64,000 nt of DNA from positions 39,134 through 103,133 of the forward strand of contig CAUJCU010000015.1 of NCBI GenBank assembly GCA_963169745.1, given 5' to 3'. The notes below the pieces were generated by a model that was not told where the DNA came from, did no database searches, and saw only the letters and a list, made by a program, of their open reading frames with translations. This document shows, piece after piece, positions 62,684 through 64,000 of the stretch; position 1 is the stretch's first letter, and every line of letters begins with the position of its first letter. The stretch comes from Bacteroidota bacterium (GTDB lineage: Bacteria; Bacteroidota; Bacteroidia; UBA4408). The position numbers were made by a program, and so were the translations under genes.

Positions 62684-64000
62684 CTGTTTTTTTTCTAAAT
62701 AACTTTTTAAACAATTCCTTGTAAGTACTCGTGTCGAAAAGAGCAGAATCGCGAGTAGCCTTATAAGTTAGAAAAATTCCTAAAGGAAGCATAACCATTG
62801 AAGCCAGCCACGCACCTTGCCAAGCCTCCCATACACCCTCTTTTGCTGATTTTTCTCCGGTAATACTAAGAACATGAAAAATAAGAAAAAAGCAAACAGA
62901 AGCTACTGCAGGCATTCCTATACCACCTTTACGAATAATGGCTCCTAAAGGAGCACCAATAAAAAACAGCACTAAGCAAGCAAAAGATAAGGTAAATTTT
63001 TTATGCCATTCAATAAGATAGCGATTTCGTGTTGAATTTGAATTTTTAAGGGATACTGCATTAATATTAACATAGCTTTGATTGGTTCGTGCAAGGTTAA
63101 GAGCACTTTCAAATATCCTGTTTTTTTCTTCCGTAGAGTAGGCATCAAGCCAGTGCTTATTATTGATTATTGCACTACTAATACTATCGGCCTGAGGGGT
63201 TTTTAAAGAGTCTGAAAATAAATTATAGTTTTTTATTACTTGTAAATTAATAGCACTTTGTCGTTCATTATCATCTTTGTAAAGCGTATCAATTTCTCGC
63301 GAAAGCTGAAAAATATTCATCATCTGATAGTTGTCTTTGAATAACGACTCATCAGAACGTATCATTTTAAAATCACGCATATCCATAACTATGGTTTCTT
63401 CTTTAAAGGAGCTGCGCGTAAAGGGCTTTAATCCTTTATTATGATCAGAAATAATATCTTCATAACTATGTCCGTCTTTTAGCGTAATAAATAAAAAACT
63501 TTTATCATTACTCATTTTCATAATTCCTTCTTTGGCAATTACAATTTTATTATTGCCTTGCCTCTGAGTATGGTCGTAAATGAGTATGTTATACAAAATA
63601 TTTTTCTTAGCATCTTTGCGTGCAATCTTTATAGTAAAATCCTGAATACCGTTATAAAACACACCTTCTTTTAAATCTAATGATGGCTTTTGATGTGTTA
63701 TATCAAAAAGCAATGTTCCCATTTTTAAATTAGCAACTGGAAGCACATAATTAGAGAATAAAAAAGCACCAATAGCCATAAAAATAGTAACTACAATTAA
63801 AGGTTTCATAACTCTTTGTAGCGACATGCCTGCAGATTTTATTGCGGTCAATTCATAATGCTCAGATAAATTTCCAAAGGTCATAATAGAAGCCAAGAGG
63901 ATAGCTAAAGGTAATGCCATAGGAACTAAGGTTACCGATACATAAAACATCAATTCAATAATTAAAAACCAGTCCAATCCTTTGCCAACAAAATCATCAA
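62658..64000 (-). CDS. LptF/LptG-family (YjgP/YjgQ) permease, 5' end runs off the window
   Basis: The frame stays open to nt 64000 (..DDFVGKGLDWFLII..), so the ORF-track TTG at 63977 is not the real start. TM helices at both ends flank a large periplasmic domain. 26-nt overlap with the GT4 gene. Confidence 0.75.
   Translation of the reverse strand, partial: DDFVGKGLDWFLIIELMFYVSVTLVPMALPLAILLASIMTFGNLSEHYELTAIKSAGMSLQRVMKPLIVVTIFMAIGAFLFSNYVLPVANLKMGTLLFDITHQKPSLDLKEGVFYNGIQDFTIKIARKDAKKNILYNILIYDHTQRQGNNKIVIAKEGIMKMSNDKSFLFITLKDGHSYEDIISDHNKGLKPFTRSSFKEETIVMDMRDFKMIRSDESLFKDNYQMMNIFQLSREIDTLYKDDNERQSAINLQVIKNYNLFSDSLKTPQADSISSAIINNKHWLDAYSTEEKNRIFESALNLARTNQSYVNINAVSLKNSNSTRNRYLIEWHKKFTLSFACLVLFFIGAPLGAIIRKGGIGMPAVASVCFFLIFHVLSITGEKSAKEGVWEAWQGAWLASMVMLPLGIFLTYKATRDSALFDTSTYKELFKKLFRKKTDAPALPMP

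Noticed and set aside
1-64000. Search for tRNA/rRNA/tmRNA/RNase P-like GC-rich structured segments, riboswitch-like leaders, transposase/integrase genes, inverted-repeat-bounded insertions, toxin-antitoxin pairs, restriction-modification or other defence genes
   Set aside because: None found by eye. Intergenic regions are uniformly AT-rich without conserved-looking stems. Every large ORF has a housekeeping, envelope, transport or glycan-related signature. The two methyltransferases are small-molecule or class I types without partner nuclease or specificity genes.

Overview
AT-rich Bacteroidota-type chromosomal segment. Lineage evidence: three proteins with type-A T9SS C-terminal sorting domains, TAnnTTTG -7 boxes in front of many genes, fused CcoN/CcoO, fused E1 alpha/beta, and a long NusB. 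I call about 52 protein genes. I found no rRNA, tRNA, CRISPR array, transposase, integrase or recognisable defence gene.

Main blocks:
- Left edge: an ABC exporter and small DUF genes.
- A TPR-PP2C phosphatase.
- A cytochrome c / O-methyltransferase / AraC trio.
- A divergent DsbA(YjbH)-like / HxlR pair plus a sugar MFS transporter.
- A CzcCBA-type RND efflux operon with its own two-component system.
- A + strand locus of three T9SS-secreted proteins ending in a GH13 alpha-amylase.
- A - strand operon headed by a 1335-aa protein built from 13 tandem units of about 81 aa.
- Fused BCKDH-like E1, then recR.
- A GH92 mannosidase.
- A complete cbb3 oxidase cluster (ccoS-ccoNO-ccoQ-ccoP-ccoG-fixH-tauE).
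- A conserved housekeeping row (nnr-coaE-ybbR-yajC-DUF1573-nusB-leucine dehydrogenase).
- Right edge: two GT4 glycosyltransferases and a truncated LptF/G permease.

Most of the window is ordinary. The two candidates I rate highest for genuinely undescribed biology are:
1. The T9SS locus at 24.7-30.9 kb. An unassigned module of about 105-130 aa occurs four times across three adjacent secreted proteins, including the N-terminus of the amylase. This could be a new glucan-binding module and a Sus-independent starch capture system. Its promoter region is unusual, with a C8 tract and a perfect 18-bp palindrome.
2. The 'beads-on-a-string' tandem-repeat envelope protein and its SGNH-like and DUF4476 partners at 31.9-38.3 kb.

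I also add two small genes missing from the ORF track (a CcoQ-like peptide and a leaderless Cys-rich membrane peptide), a candidate sRNA and several start-codon corrections. All functional calls come from motif recognition by eye; no database search was possible.
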